Assembly: GCA_964635715.1 (NCBI GenBank)
Contig: CAZWNZ010000001.1
Span: forward strand, 248,122-312,121
Length of the DNA stretch: 64,000 bases
DNA from: an uncultured Gammaproteobacteria bacterium
GTDB lineage: Bacteria > Patescibacteriota > Microgenomatia > UBA8517
Direction of reading: 5' to 3'
Below the pieces are notes generated by a model that searched no databases, was not told the origin of the DNA, and was given only the letters and a program-made list of their open reading frames with translations. A program made the translations under genes and the position numbers. Positions 9,476 to 21,148 of this stretch are shown here, one piece after another (the first letter of the stretch is position 1; every line of letters begins with the position of its first letter).

Positions 9476-11278
9476 ATGAAAAAAATTTTTCCGGGGCTAA
9501 TTTCCCTTTTTCTGCTTTTAACACTTCCGGCAACAGTTTTGGCTAAAGACTATACAATAGATAAAGCAAACATTGTTGCAGAAATAACACCCGACGGATC
9601 GGCCAATATTACTGAAACGCGTACATACAATTTTTCCGGTAGTTTTTCCTGGGCGGATGAATGGATACCGAAAGAAGAATATGGAATCACGAATTATGAA
9701 TTGTGGGAGGGAACACTAAAATATAAACAAGATGACTCAGGGGCAGCAGGAACGTATTCCGTGACCGATGAGGGGGACAATGTCTATGTTAAATGGTTTT
9801 ATACCGCTACGGATGAGACAAAGACTTTTAAACTTTCTTACACAGTTAAAAATGCCGTTGTTAATCACAAAGATATCTCCGAATTCTACTGGCAATTGAT
9901 CGGTGATGGATGGGCAAAAGGGGTGGGGGAGGTAGATGCAAAAATAATTTTGCCGTATATAGCGCCTGATGACCAAATATGGGCTTTCGGACATGGGCCT
10001 CTAAACGGGACTGTAAATATAGTATCGGGAAACGAGGTGTATTTCCGTGCAACAGATTTTCCTCCCGAAACATTTTTTGAAGTGAGGGTTCTATTTCCTA
10101 CTAATACGACATTTGTCATGGCCAGAAATGGCAATGAAACTCTAAATTCGATTTTAGAAGAGGAAAAAGGCTTCATTGATAAAACTAGGGCAAAACAGGT
10201 ATGGAAATTCGTTCTGGCGTGCTTTTTTATTGCTGTAATTTTATGGAGAACTATAGTTTGGATTATAAACTGGAGTAAATATGGAAACGACGAGGAATTG
10301 CCCGAAGTGAATTTGGCCGGGACCTTGCATGAACCTCCGAGTGATCTGGCTCCGGTTTTGGTTGAAACTATGCTGAATCAGACTCCGACAGGCAAATCCA
10401 TCGTTGCTACTATTTTAGAACTGACTCGTCGCAAAATTTTGGCGATAGAATTTGTAAAAGGCGGCAAAAAGACATTTTTTGGTTCAAAAGATAAGTACTT
10501 TTTGGCCCTTAAAGACGTCAGTTATAAAAATAAAACTTCGAAAATGGAGAAAGATTTAATTGATTTTCTTTTTTCCGATTATTTGATCGGGAGCATAAAA
10601 ACTGACCTGAAAATAGATTTTGATGAAATAAAAAACAAATCTCAATCCAGCCCCACAGTTACCCGGAGTTTTTGGACCGAGTGGATAGAGGATGCTAAAA
10701 AGAATTTGAAGGATATGGATTTTTATGAAAAGAAAAGTTTAGATATGCAAACACGCGGACTTGTTGAATTGTCACTTTTGACAGTTATTAATTTTTTATA
10801 CTTTATTCTTGTGGCTTCCGCTTGGCCTTTAGGAATACTGATTATTATCATCTGTGATATTCTCCTGGTTATTTTTATAGGTTCGATGCGCAAGAAAAGC
10901 AAATGGGGAGATATGGAATTGGCCGGATGGAAGGCATTTAAAAAATGGTTGAAAGATTATTCGGTTACAAAAAATTATCCGATAGACTCCGTAATCCTTT
11001 GGGAGAAATATTTGGTTTACGGAACGGTTTTAGGAATTTCTGCTAAGGCGCTTTCACAACTTCCCGTCAACTTTTCAAAAGCGGTAGAGAAAAGCTCGGC
11101 AATATATACGGCTTTTTATCATGGAGCAGGGATGTCCGGAATGCAAAATTTTGCCTCTTCATTTTCAGCACTCTCCAACTCATTCGGTAGTTATGGCGCC
11201 TCGGGTGTTGGGAGTTCCGGAGGTTTTTCCGGCGGAGGGGGTGGAGGAGGAGGCGGGGGCGGAGGAGGAGCAGGTTAG
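9476..11278 (+). CDS. DUF2207 domain membrane protein
   Basis: signal peptide, EFYWQLIG, WAFGHGP, WEKYLVYG, Gly-rich C-terminus. Confidence 0.9.
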   Translation: MKKIFPGLISLFLLLTLPATVLAKDYTIDKANIVAEITPDGSANITETRTYNFSGSFSWADEWIPKEEYGITNYELWEGTLKYKQDDSGAAGTYSVTDEGDNVYVKWFYTATDETKTFKLSYTVKNAVVNHKDISEFYWQLIGDGWAKGVGEVDAKIILPYIAPDDQIWAFGHGPLNGTVNIVSGNEVYFRATDFPPETFFEVRVLFPTNTTFVMARNGNETLNSILEEEKGFIDKTRAKQVWKFVLACFFIAVILWRTIVWIINWSKYGNDEELPEVNLAGTLHEPPSDLAPVLVETMLNQTPTGKSIVATILELTRRKILAIEFVKGGKKTFFGSKDKYFLALKDVSYKNKTSKMEKDLIDFLFSDYLIGSIKTDLKIDFDEIKNKSQSSPTVTRSFWTEWIEDAKKNLKDMDFYEKKSLDMQTRGLVELSLLTVINFLYFILVASAWPLGILIIIICDILLVIFIGSMRKKSKWGDMELAGWKAFKKWLKDYSVTKNYPIDSVILWEKYLVYGTVLGISAKALSQLPVNFSKAVEKSSAIYTAFYHGAGMSGMQNFASSFSALSNSFGSYGASGVGSSGGFSGGGGGGGGGGGGGAG

Positions 11279-11311
11279 ATTTTTTGGATAATCAGCGTAC
11301 CATTTATATAG

Positions 11312-11521
11312 ATGAGTGTTGAGTGCGAAATTCTTGAGCGAGCCGTAAAGATACGTGGCAGGATAAACTGCCGCGAAATTTGCAAAAATGATTTGATGTG
11401 TCCTTTTATTGATGATGCGAAAGTTATTCCCGACAAAAAGGGTTCTTCTTCTCAGGGTGTTCCGAATGAGACAATTCCTTACAATCAAAGTATTCTCCAA
11501 TTGATTAGGGGTGAAAAATAA
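11312..11521 (+). CDS. small hypothetical Cys-containing protein
   Basis: 69-aa ORF with four Cys. Confidence 0.45.
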   Translation: MSVECEILERAVKIRGRINCREICKNDLMCPFIDDAKVIPDKKGSSSQGVPNETIPYNQSILQLIRGEK

Positions 11522-11605
11522 TTTTTGGCAATTTGTGCTAATATATGCCATCGCGAGGCCAATTGCGGCCTTTTAACAAGCTAATTACAAAATTGGAGGG
11601 ATATA

Positions 11606-11785
11606 ATGAGATTTATTGGCTTTTTGCAGTGGTTTAAAATCTTCTTTTTCCCGACAGGTGCTATGATCCCCGGAATTTTTGGGGTGTATGGGAAGGAAGC
11701 ACTTGAAGCTGCACTGACGGCACTGTTGGTCAAAATTTTGGTTCCTGTGGTAATAATAGGAATCGTCTGGTGTTTAACAAAATAA
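11606..11785 (+). CDS. 59-aa membrane peptide
   Basis: GGAGGG SD; MRFIGFLQWF...IVWCLTK; not in the ORF track. Confidence 0.6.
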   Translation: MRFIGFLQWFKIFFFPTGAMIPGIFGVYGKEALEAALTALLVKILVPVVIIGIVWCLTK

Positions 11786-11812
11786 AATCAGAAATCAGAT
11801 AAGGAGGGAAAA

Positions 11813-12049
11813 ATGGTTTTACCGCTAGTGAATAATGCTTTGTTCGTGGTAGGGCAGGTGGTGCTTTACGAAAGCCATTACGTAGGTAGATTGGCTCTCA
11901 GAGCAAAAGTGATAATCAAGATGGCAGGTCATCAAGCCTCCGAAGTAAGGGTGATTGAGATCCTGGAGAAAGGAGAAGATAACACTACCCTGGATGGAGA
12001 TTTACTAGTGGTTCCAAACATCGAACTTTTGTTTTTTTCTGATCTATAA
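11813..12049 (+). CDS. small beta-rich hypothetical protein, probable paralog of 21626-21886
   Basis: TAAGGAGG SD; terminator at about 12071-12108. Confidence 0.75.
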   Translation: MVLPLVNNALFVVGQVVLYESHYVGRLALRAKVIIKMAGHQASEVRVIEILEKGEDNTTLDGDLLVVPNIELLFFSDL

Positions 12050-12342
12050 CATTGTTGCAGTTAAGGCCAGGAGGCACAACTTTTACTAAAAAGCTGTGCC
12101 TTTTTTTTGGAAAAAAGGAGATAAAAAAAGTTGGGAATGAGAATTCGGAGTAAATCTAGCCTCAAGAATTATCAGGAAAAACAGCTTCAGATTGTTATTA
12201 CAAACCGGAATTAATTCGCATAACAATCAAAAACGTTCGTGTTGTTAAATATCCATAGCGTTTTGATAGTAAAGATGTTTTGAGACTGCTGGTTATTTAG
12301 GACAGGGAAATTCCGTTTATCAAAGCATAAAAACGGTAAGTG

Positions 12343-12816
12343 TTATTTGTGGAGCTGTGTTTGTACTTGGACGCCTAAAGATTGCAGAAAATCGTTAGGT
12401 GAATCACATCCAAAAATTTCGTTAAATTCCTCGATTGCATATTTTGAAGGCTTTCCTTTTAAACTAAGTCCCAAACCTCTGCAGTCAATATTGGCACTGA
12501 CTCTTGTATCGGAGTGTAGGCTGAATTTAGGACTGTCAGAATCATTTTTGAGTATTTTGTCGGCCTTCTCAACAGCTTCCCCTAGATTTTTAGAGTAATT
12601 TTTTATGCCTCTGTCCCCGGAGCGGCCAATATAAACAAGAACAATACTGCTGCCGGTTTGTGCTACTAGGAAATCAGAGAGGAAAATAGCTGTAGCCTCG
12701 GTTGCTTTTTGTCTGAAATCAAATGCGTCTGTTCCGGAGATTTGAACAACAGGAACACTTTTGTTGTCGGCAGATTCAACTATTCCAATGTTTACTGCGG
12801 TTTCAACCTGTCCCAC
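12343..12816 (-). CDS. hypothetical protein
   Basis: 157-aa ORF, GTG start with adjacent -35/-10 elements. Confidence 0.65.
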   Translation of the reverse strand: MGQVETAVNIGIVESADNKSVPVVQISGTDAFDFRQKATEATAIFLSDFLVAQTGSSIVLVYIGRSGDRGIKNYSKNLGEAVEKADKILKNDSDSPKFSLHSDTRVSANIDCRGLGLSLKGKPSKYAIEEFNEIFGCDSPNDFLQSLGVQVQTQLHK

Positions 12817-13163
12817 TGAGACAAATATATAATAAAATCCCCAAAAGTCAAATTTCTTGTCTTCCTTTATGCGGACTTTTTATGCAAATATAAAAGTAAC
12901 ACATAAACACTTTAATAAATTAAATTATTAAACTCTTGGAAAAGTGGGTGAATTTAGCTTCAAGAATTATCATGCATTGATGCATGATAATTGGGAGTGT
13001 CCTAATGATTCGAATCATTAGGACAAGTAGCACTGGATGGGAATTTGGTGGGGTGGGGAAATAGCTTCAGATTGACCGATAGTGTATAATAATTGCCTGA
13101 TTAGCTAATTGCAGCTAACTAATATTTAAGTTGCTCTTAAAAAAAACCAAAAAGGAGGCAGTG

Positions 13164-13487
13164 ATGGCTTGGAAAGGCGATGTTCAAAGGATTGTATCTG
13201 AAAAAAAGAAACGGGAAGAGGAAGAAGAGAGTGCTAGGCAAACTGCTCAGGTAGAAACAAACCGTGAGGGTTTGAAAAAGTTTAAATGCCATATTTGTGA
13301 TAAACCGGCAAGTAAGCCAAAGATGGTTCCTGTTATCCAATATGGAAATAACCATATGGCTCCTGACTGGACCCAACCGGGGGATTTATACACATGCATC
13401 AAATGCGGTGGATTAACGTGCGACGACTGTCAATATGACGGCGTGTGTAAAACTTGTTGGGAAAAAGAACTGGGGATTAAGCTTTAA
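13164..13487 (+). CDS. small zinc-finger protein
   Basis: four CxxC pairs (CHIC, CIKC, CDDC, CKTC); AGGAGG SD; terminator at about 13509-13550. Confidence 0.75.
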   Translation: MAWKGDVQRIVSEKKKREEEEESARQTAQVETNREGLKKFKCHICDKPASKPKMVPVIQYGNNHMAPDWTQPGDLYTCIKCGGLTCDDCQYDGVCKTCWEKELGIKL

Positions 13488-13671
13488 AAACAATTGAATA
13501 ATAGTTAAAGACCACTCTTGCGAAAGCAAAAAAAGAGTGGTCTTTTCTTTTGGGAAAAACGCGATAACTTGAGGCTAAAAACTATGATATATCGATATAT
13601 AATATTCTTGAAAAGTTTGTACTGGTGATTTGAATCATTGATACAAAATTAAGTTGGTATAATTACTTCTG

Positions 13672-14358
13672 ATGGGGGACTATCAAGATAAACAGTTTCA
13701 GATTATTTCCAAAATTGAAGATAAAATAAAAAATAATAGTGGAAATTTTAGTGTAGTTACTCCTGTAACCGACTTTGAGAATGATGAAAGAATATGTCTG
13801 ACAAGCGTGCACTTGCCGTCAAACGAGTTTAAGGAAAAGATCCAAAGATTGACCACGCCTTTGAAAGACAAATACCCCGATCATTATTATTACGAACCTG
13901 AATCGACACATATAACAATAAAAAACGTTCGTGTAATCAATAAACCCCCACATTTTAATGAAGGTGATATCAAAAAAGCCAGGGAAATATTTTCGAGTGT
14001 TATTCCAAATCACCTGAAATTTAGTGTTTATTATTACAGATTAATGCTTTTCCAAAATAATTTAGCCATAATAGGTACGACAGATGAGGAATATGGAAGA
14101 ATAATTTTGGATTTGGATGAAAAGATGAATCTGGCCGGCCTGAAAGACGATAAGACATATATAGATTCAAAAGTGTTTTTCAGTAATATTACTCTGGCAA
14201 GATTCTCAAAACCAACAAGCTCTGAATTCAAAAAGAGAGTAGAGGAGATTTCTAATTCCTTAAAATTTGAACCCTATGAAGTTGATTCTGTGAGTTTAGT
14301 AACTGCCAATGCAGTCCTTAAAAAACTCAATGTTATTAAGACCTGGAAACTTAAGTAG
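13672..14358 (+). CDS. 2H phosphoesterase / 2'-5' RNA ligase-like protein
   Basis: first HIT motif intact (STHITI); second degenerate (SNITLAR). Confidence 0.65.
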   Translation: MGDYQDKQFQIISKIEDKIKNNSGNFSVVTPVTDFENDERICLTSVHLPSNEFKEKIQRLTTPLKDKYPDHYYYEPESTHITIKNVRVINKPPHFNEGDIKKAREIFSSVIPNHLKFSVYYYRLMLFQNNLAIIGTTDEEYGRIILDLDEKMNLAGLKDDKTYIDSKVFFSNITLARFSKPTSSEFKKRVEEISNSLKFEPYEVDSVSLVTANAVLKKLNVIKTWKLK

Positions 14359-14401
14359 ATTTAATTGACTTTCTCTGTCTTTTTTTATATCTTTCTTCCA
14401 T

Positions 14402-14941
14402 ATGACTCCAGATAGAAAATTGAATGAAATTGAGAAACCGTTCGTGGGTAGCGAAATATACTTTTCTAATTCAATCGTGGGTGTATTAAACCAAGACCCA
14501 GAGTTTGGATGGCAGATAGTTAACTATATGATAGAAAATGGGGCCCATGTTTTAGATAAACATGTTGCTGGGAGGACCTCGGAAGAAAAAGACCTACTTT
14601 TTATTGAAGACAATGGATTTGATTACAAACTTTCCAAAAACCCTAAGACTGCGATCGAGTCCTCTGATATTGCACAAGTTGATCAGGCAACCCACGTAAT
14701 TGCTTTTGTTGATGGACCAAGTCATGGAGTGGGGAATGAGATACAAAGGGCAATAGATAGATATGAGTTTAAGGGAGAAAATGTCCAAATTCTTTGTCTG
14801 GTGAGTGAAGAAAGAGCTGGTAAACTTTCCTGGATGATAAGTGGCAAAGAATGCCCAAAATATCCAAATTTTCATCTCAGCGTCTACAAAGACATCGAAG
14901 ACGTCAAAAAACACATATTTAATTTTTTAACCTCAAAATAG
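14402..14941 (+). CDS. nucleoside 2-deoxyribosyltransferase / DNPH1(Rcl)-like protein
   Basis: IYFSNSI...D...VIAFVDGPSHGVGNEI signature. Confidence 0.75.
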   Translation: MTPDRKLNEIEKPFVGSEIYFSNSIVGVLNQDPEFGWQIVNYMIENGAHVLDKHVAGRTSEEKDLLFIEDNGFDYKLSKNPKTAIESSDIAQVDQATHVIAFVDGPSHGVGNEIQRAIDRYEFKGENVQILCLVSEERAGKLSWMISGKECPKYPNFHLSVYKDIEDVKKHIFNFLTSK

Positions 14942-15018
14942 TAATTTTGCCAATAAAAAACCGCCGAGGTCTAAATTGCACCTAGGCGGTTTTCCACTCT
15001 TTCTTTGTCTATTTATTG

Positions 15019-15414
15019 CTAGTTTGTTTCCAGGTTTTTCCCGGTCTCGATGAATATTGCAAAAAAGCGGATCAGATATTTAAATCTGTTCCATTTGCCG
15101 ACAATGTTTTCCGGAAACCGGAAAGGTAGAATTGACATTGGTGTTAGGTCAATAGCGCCAAGGTATTTTTCAATTTGATCAATTAGAATCAACACCTCTT
15201 TGTATTGACCTTTTGCCTCGATGAAATAGGCATCCCATGGATTTGCGCAATGTGCAGCTTTCAGTTTAGCGTTTTTGGAATGAATGTTGATGATTGGCAT
15301 ATATTTTTTAGGCAGCACATGGTGAATAACATCGATGTAGCTTACTTCATCTCCGGGCAATGGATTAATTCCGTTTTCCAAAAGCCGACCGTTAGCATAT
15401 CTCCAACTAGACAT
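15019..15414 (-). CDS. hypothetical protein
   Basis: 131-aa ORF with AAAGGA SD; converges on terminator 14955-14993. Confidence 0.65.
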   Translation of the reverse strand: MSSWRYANGRLLENGINPLPGDEVSYIDVIHHVLPKKYMPIINIHSKNAKLKAAHCANPWDAYFIEAKGQYKEVLILIDQIEKYLGAIDLTPMSILPFRFPENIVGKWNRFKYLIRFFAIFIETGKNLETN

Positions 15415-15698
15415 TTTAAAGATCCTTTCTTCTTTCTGTCCTGAGTGGTCTCAAGATCAGTGAGTGGAATTTGATCGCCGAATCGCAATCAATAGGGGAA
15501 TAATACACTTTTAGGTGCGAATAATCAAGTTATAGGATATATAAAATTTCTAGGTGCGACTTCAATGGAGATTTGAACACCAGAATCACTTCAAATTTCA
15601 GGAGCGTATTCAGATGGGTTTTTGGGAATAGAGCGACTTCAAGGGAGATAAAAAACCGGTAGTTTGCGTCTATGTGACTCGGGAAGTAAAATTGCAGT

Positions 15699-15953
15699 AT
15701 GAGCCTTGAGGAAAGAGTCAAAAAAATTGAGGAGAGGAATAGGCGGGTAGAGGTGGATAAGGCTTGGGAAGTGAGCCTCGTCAGGAGAGCGCTTCTTGTT
15801 GTTTTTACATATCTTTCAATCGGAATTTATTTAAATGCGATAAAAATAGCAAACCCCTGGTTAAATGCTATCGTTCCAGCTTTTGGATTTCTTCTTTCCA
15901 CCCTCACGCTCCCTTTCTTCAAAAAGATGTGGATGAAATATAGGAGAAAGTAA
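15699..15953 (+). CDS. small membrane protein
   Basis: RNRRVEVDKAWEVS plus two TM helices. Confidence 0.8.
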   Translation: MSLEERVKKIEERNRRVEVDKAWEVSLVRRALLVVFTYLSIGIYLNAIKIANPWLNAIVPAFGFLLSTLTLPFFKKMWMKYRRK

Positions 15954-16104
15954 AAATTTGGGAAATTTGGCCTCAAGCGTTGACAACGCCTTTTCCACGA
16001 GTCATTATGAAAGTATCGAGCGCTTGCTAATTGAATGATGCAAGCCTATAATGTTCAAGCTCTTTTAATCGCTAGTTAGGTTGGCAAGAGATGCTGTTGT
16101 TATG

Positions 16105-16197
16105 CGGAGGAAGAGGGATTTAAACCCTCGGATGTGCTTTAACACATCAACCGTTTTTAGGACAGTTCCGGAGAACATCACATACCGGGTTTCCTCC
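16105..16197 (-). pseudogene. degenerate class II (Ser-type body) tRNA-like element, anticodon position reads UAA
   Basis: GGAGGAA/TTCCTCC acceptor, G73, CCGG D-stem, ACTGT/ACGGT anticodon stem, long variable arm, GAGGG/CCCTC T-stem; non-canonical positions 8, 33 and T-loop. Confidence 0.6.
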
Positions 16198-16528
16198 CAA
16201 TCTCTTGCCAGCTTAGCTAGCGATCTTTTGTTTTCTTCTTAGGTATGTTAAAGAGCTGCACCTTTTCAAGACCTGGAAACCTCACATTCAAACTATGATT
16301 AGTAGAATTAGTTCAAGACAATAGGTATTTTTCCCAACAAAAAACCGCCCTAAATTGGCGGTTCGGCTCAGCAGCTATAACTTACGTTTCTAACTATTGT
16401 GCAGGACGGTTAAGCTACAAAATAGCTGAACCGCTATACTCTTATTATAACATATTTGCAGGCTAATTATAAGGGAATTTTGGTGGAATTATTGGAAAAA
16501 GAGGAGTAAGATTTGGCGAAATACCACA

Positions 16529-17032
16529 ATGTTTGAAAAATTAGTAACAAAATTAGAAGATTTCATATACAAAATAGTTAAAAGGGGGATTTTTGGAATT
16601 TCCTTTAGAGCATTGTCCTCAAGGGACTGGGACATTGTCGAGAGCAGAATATTTGATATGGATAAAATATTAATGACAGTGTCAGCCTCTGCCCTCGCGC
16701 TATCTCTCCTTCTAATTAATTCTAGAAGCGTAGCACCGAAGTTAACATTTTTTATCTTTTCGTGGGTACTCTTTTGGATTGCTATCTCCATAGGAGCGCA
16801 GATCTATCTTTTTGGAGTTAAATACTCTTTAGGTAATGTGATTCTTAAAGGGAGAAAAAATAAAAACTGGTTCCTAAAAAAGTTTGGTAAATATTCAGGA
16901 GACTATTTTTATAAGCTCAACAGGGGAATAATTTTCTGGTTATCTACTATACAAAATTTTGCCTTTATTTTAGCTTTTATCTTTTTATTCCTTGGTGTAC
17001 TTGAAAACTTTACTCCACAAACAGTAAAGTAA
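16529..17032 (+). CDS. hypothetical membrane protein
   Basis: 167 aa, three hydrophobic segments. Confidence 0.7.
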   Translation: MFEKLVTKLEDFIYKIVKRGIFGISFRALSSRDWDIVESRIFDMDKILMTVSASALALSLLLINSRSVAPKLTFFIFSWVLFWIAISIGAQIYLFGVKYSLGNVILKGRKNKNWFLKKFGKYSGDYFYKLNRGIIFWLSTIQNFAFILAFIFLFLGVLENFTPQTVK

Positions 17033-17308
17033 TCTATGGTTTTAAGGTGCTTTGCCCTCCTGTGCCAAGGCTATGGAAGGGTGAAGAGGTTATATAGGAT
17101 TCTTAGAACTCTGAATATCTAGCATGAACTCTATGCGTTTTTCATATTTTAGCTCTGGATTCGGCCATGCTCACCATTCGCTCAAGTTTATTAAGCTTGA
17201 GAAATTCTTTTTTGATACTTGAGCTCACCTCTGTCTTTGTAAACAACTGGTTCGGCGAGGTGGAGGGTGACAAGTTCCTTGGTTCGATATGACTCACCAC
17301 GTCGCTGA

Positions 17309-17890
17309 TTATTTCAGACTTTTGAGTAAGTCTTCATATTTCAATTTTCCTCTGTCTTGATATGCAACAACGTCTGCACAATCTTTTTTGACCAGCTCCG
17401 CATTCACTAGTTTTCCTTTTTTACATCCTTCAGGATTATCTATTAAACCTTCATTACTTTCATTATCACTTTTGTGCATATAGTCACTCGGTAAGAATTG
17501 GGGAGTGGTTTCGCAGTCTATCCAAACCCATGCAAGGACCCTGCCATACTTGTCATCCTGGTATCTGTCGTATTCTAAGTAAACTTTTTTATTAGTTAGA
17601 TTTTCCTCTAAATAGGCCTTGGCAGGCGTCTTTCCCGCCTCAGCATCAATGCCCAGAAGACGGACTTTTACACCATTTTTGAGCACAAAAGTATCGCCAT
17701 CCTCAATCTTTGTAACTACACCACTTTTTGGAAAAAGGGTTTTGAGTTCATAGTAGTTTTTTACCTTTTCAAAAGCTTTTGCATTCCATCCCAGTGCTTG
17801 GGTAGTTAATATTCCTGCAATTAAAACTGCTGGAACGCCAAGTTTTGCAAGAGATTTGGCAGTTAGTTTTTTCTTTGAAGTTTTTGGCAT
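17309..17890 (-). CDS. thermonuclease (SNase) family protein
   Basis: IEDGDTF, VRLLGIDA, DKYGRVLAWV and VNAELVK motifs. Confidence 0.9.
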   Translation of the reverse strand: MPKTSKKKLTAKSLAKLGVPAVLIAGILTTQALGWNAKAFEKVKNYYELKTLFPKSGVVTKIEDGDTFVLKNGVKVRLLGIDAEAGKTPAKAYLEENLTNKKVYLEYDRYQDDKYGRVLAWVWIDCETTPQFLPSDYMHKSDNESNEGLIDNPEGCKKGKLVNAELVKKDCADVVAYQDRGKLKYEDLLKSLK

Positions 17891-17949
17891 TAATTAAATT
17901 TACCATTTCTATGATGATTAGTTAATTTCAGAAAAATTGAAGTGGGGCA

Positions 17950-17978
17950 TTGACCAAAATACGATTCTAATATATAAT
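17950..17978 (+). promoter_or_regulatory. sigma70 promoter of the 16S unit
   Basis: TTGACC-17-TATAAT. Confidence 0.8.
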
Positions 17979-18373
17979 ACCCATACACTGAAGGAATAAG
18001 TTGATCCCAATTAGAAAGCTAAAGCTTCTAACGGGACAGGTTCGTCTTCAGTAATATAGAGGTTAACTTTCCGTTCGACTCCAAAGTCGCTCAGGATTAA
18101 CAACTTCATTTTTTAGTTGGTACACTTACATTTAGGCGACAGAATACAGTTTTGAATAATAGGGACCCGAATTAGTTTATTTTAAGTTAGTCCGTTAGTA
18201 TTTACGACTGTCGTTTGTTACTTAAATTATCTGCACTTTAATATCCAAAGATGACAGGTTAATACAATTTTCCAGACCTCAGTGCGAAGTCTGGAAAGAA
18301 AACGTTTTGGAATTCAAAACGTGATTGAAAGCAGGATTATCCCATTGGATGCGTAAGCTATCCAAATTGGGAA

Positions 18374-19969
<1,596 letters not shown>

Positions 19970-20118
19970 CTAAGGAGATGACTTTCCCGCCAAATTGGCG
20001 GGACTGTTTCACCCCCATTTTAAGTTAAGGGTTTTTTGGTTAAAAAACTATAAACATAGCTTTCAATCACATTTGGAGTTCCAAATAAATTAATCTAAAT
20101 CTTTGGAGAGTCAACGAG

Positions 20119-20145
20119 AAATCCCGCTACAACGCGGGATTTTTT
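20119..20145 (+). terminator. intrinsic terminator of the 16S unit
   Basis: AAATCCCGC-loop-GCGGGATTTTTT. Confidence 0.8.
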
Positions 20146-20294
20146 GTGTCCTTCGATTTCACTCAGTATCTTTGAGGAAAAATATAAAAATAGGAGAGTG
20201 AGGAGCTGGGATATTGAAGTGTAAGTTCTTTGGCGGGCTTTTTTGTTTGATTAATATCAAAAAGCCCGCCAAGAGCAATGAAACAAAAAGAGAT

Positions 20295-20963
20295 TTATTG
20301 TTTACGAATTTTTTTGATGATCCCCGTCGCAATAAGGCAGAGGCCAACAATGCCCAGTGCCGGGAAAGGCCAAGAAATCTGTCGATCGACACCCGTGACA
20401 GGTATCAGAGCGGCAGCCGCGGTTTCAGCCGGAGGATCATATGGTTCCGGAGTTTCGGACGGCTCAACCGTTGGTTCATCGGTTGGTTCGTCGGTGGGTT
20501 CTTCAGTAGGTTCCGGAGTGCCAGTAGGTTCCTGAGTTGGGTCCTCGGTAGGCTCATCGGTTGGTTCTTGTGTTGGTTCATCAGTTGGCACTTGTTGCTG
20601 AATTGCCTCCAAGTGGCTGATGTCTTTACAATCAGAACCGCTTCCAACTTTCGTCACTGTGACAGAGTTGGTTCCAAGACCACTCACAGAATAACAGCTG
20701 TTGCTTCCGGTGAGAGTGATGCACTCATTGCCACCAGTTGACATTTCTGACCCTGCCTTTACTATGACCGAATTGATCACAAAACCTGGGTCGGCATTAA
20801 TGGTAACAGACGTTCCACCCGAATCTTCTTTGATGTAACCATCCGAACTGGGGTTTAAACAATTACCCGCCCCTTGAGCACTTACTGACGTGGTATTGAG
20901 TAAACCCGCCGTGAGACATGTGATGGCCAAAACGGCCACAAACACGAACACTATCTTTTTCAT
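20295..20963 (-). CDS. secreted PTxE-repeat protein with IPVTG sortase-type sorting signal
   Basis: signal peptide, four-Cys domain, PTDE/PTEE repeats, LIPVTG, TM helix, KKIRKQ tail. Confidence 0.85.
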   Translation of the reverse strand: MKKIVFVFVAVLAITCLTAGLLNTTSVSAQGAGNCLNPSSDGYIKEDSGGTSVTINADPGFVINSVIVKAGSEMSTGGNECITLTGSNSCYSVSGLGTNSVTVTKVGSGSDCKDISHLEAIQQQVPTDEPTQEPTDEPTEDPTQEPTGTPEPTEEPTDEPTDEPTVEPSETPEPYDPPAETAAAALIPVTGVDRQISWPFPALGIVGLCLIATGIIKKIRKQ

Positions 20964-21148
20964 AATCTCCTCCTTTGGGGGAACTAAAATAGGTTTGTCC
21001 TTTTTTAAATCTCTTTTGTTTTAAAAGGGCTAATTAACTAACAATAAATTAAATAAATCCGCTGTGGATTTATATATTTTCTGATTGGAATTATAGACTA
21101 AGAAGTCAAATTTTACAAAATTATGGGCTATTTATTCATATACATTTC

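Noticed and set aside
15510-15660. Short degenerate repeats TAGGTGCGA and GCGACTTCAA.GGAGAT
   Set aside because: Only two copies each with irregular spacing; not enough to call an array
16105-16197. tRNA-Sec or stop-suppressor tRNA
   Set aside because: 7/5 acceptor and T-stem geometry, and the centred anticodon reads UAA rather than UCA or CUA
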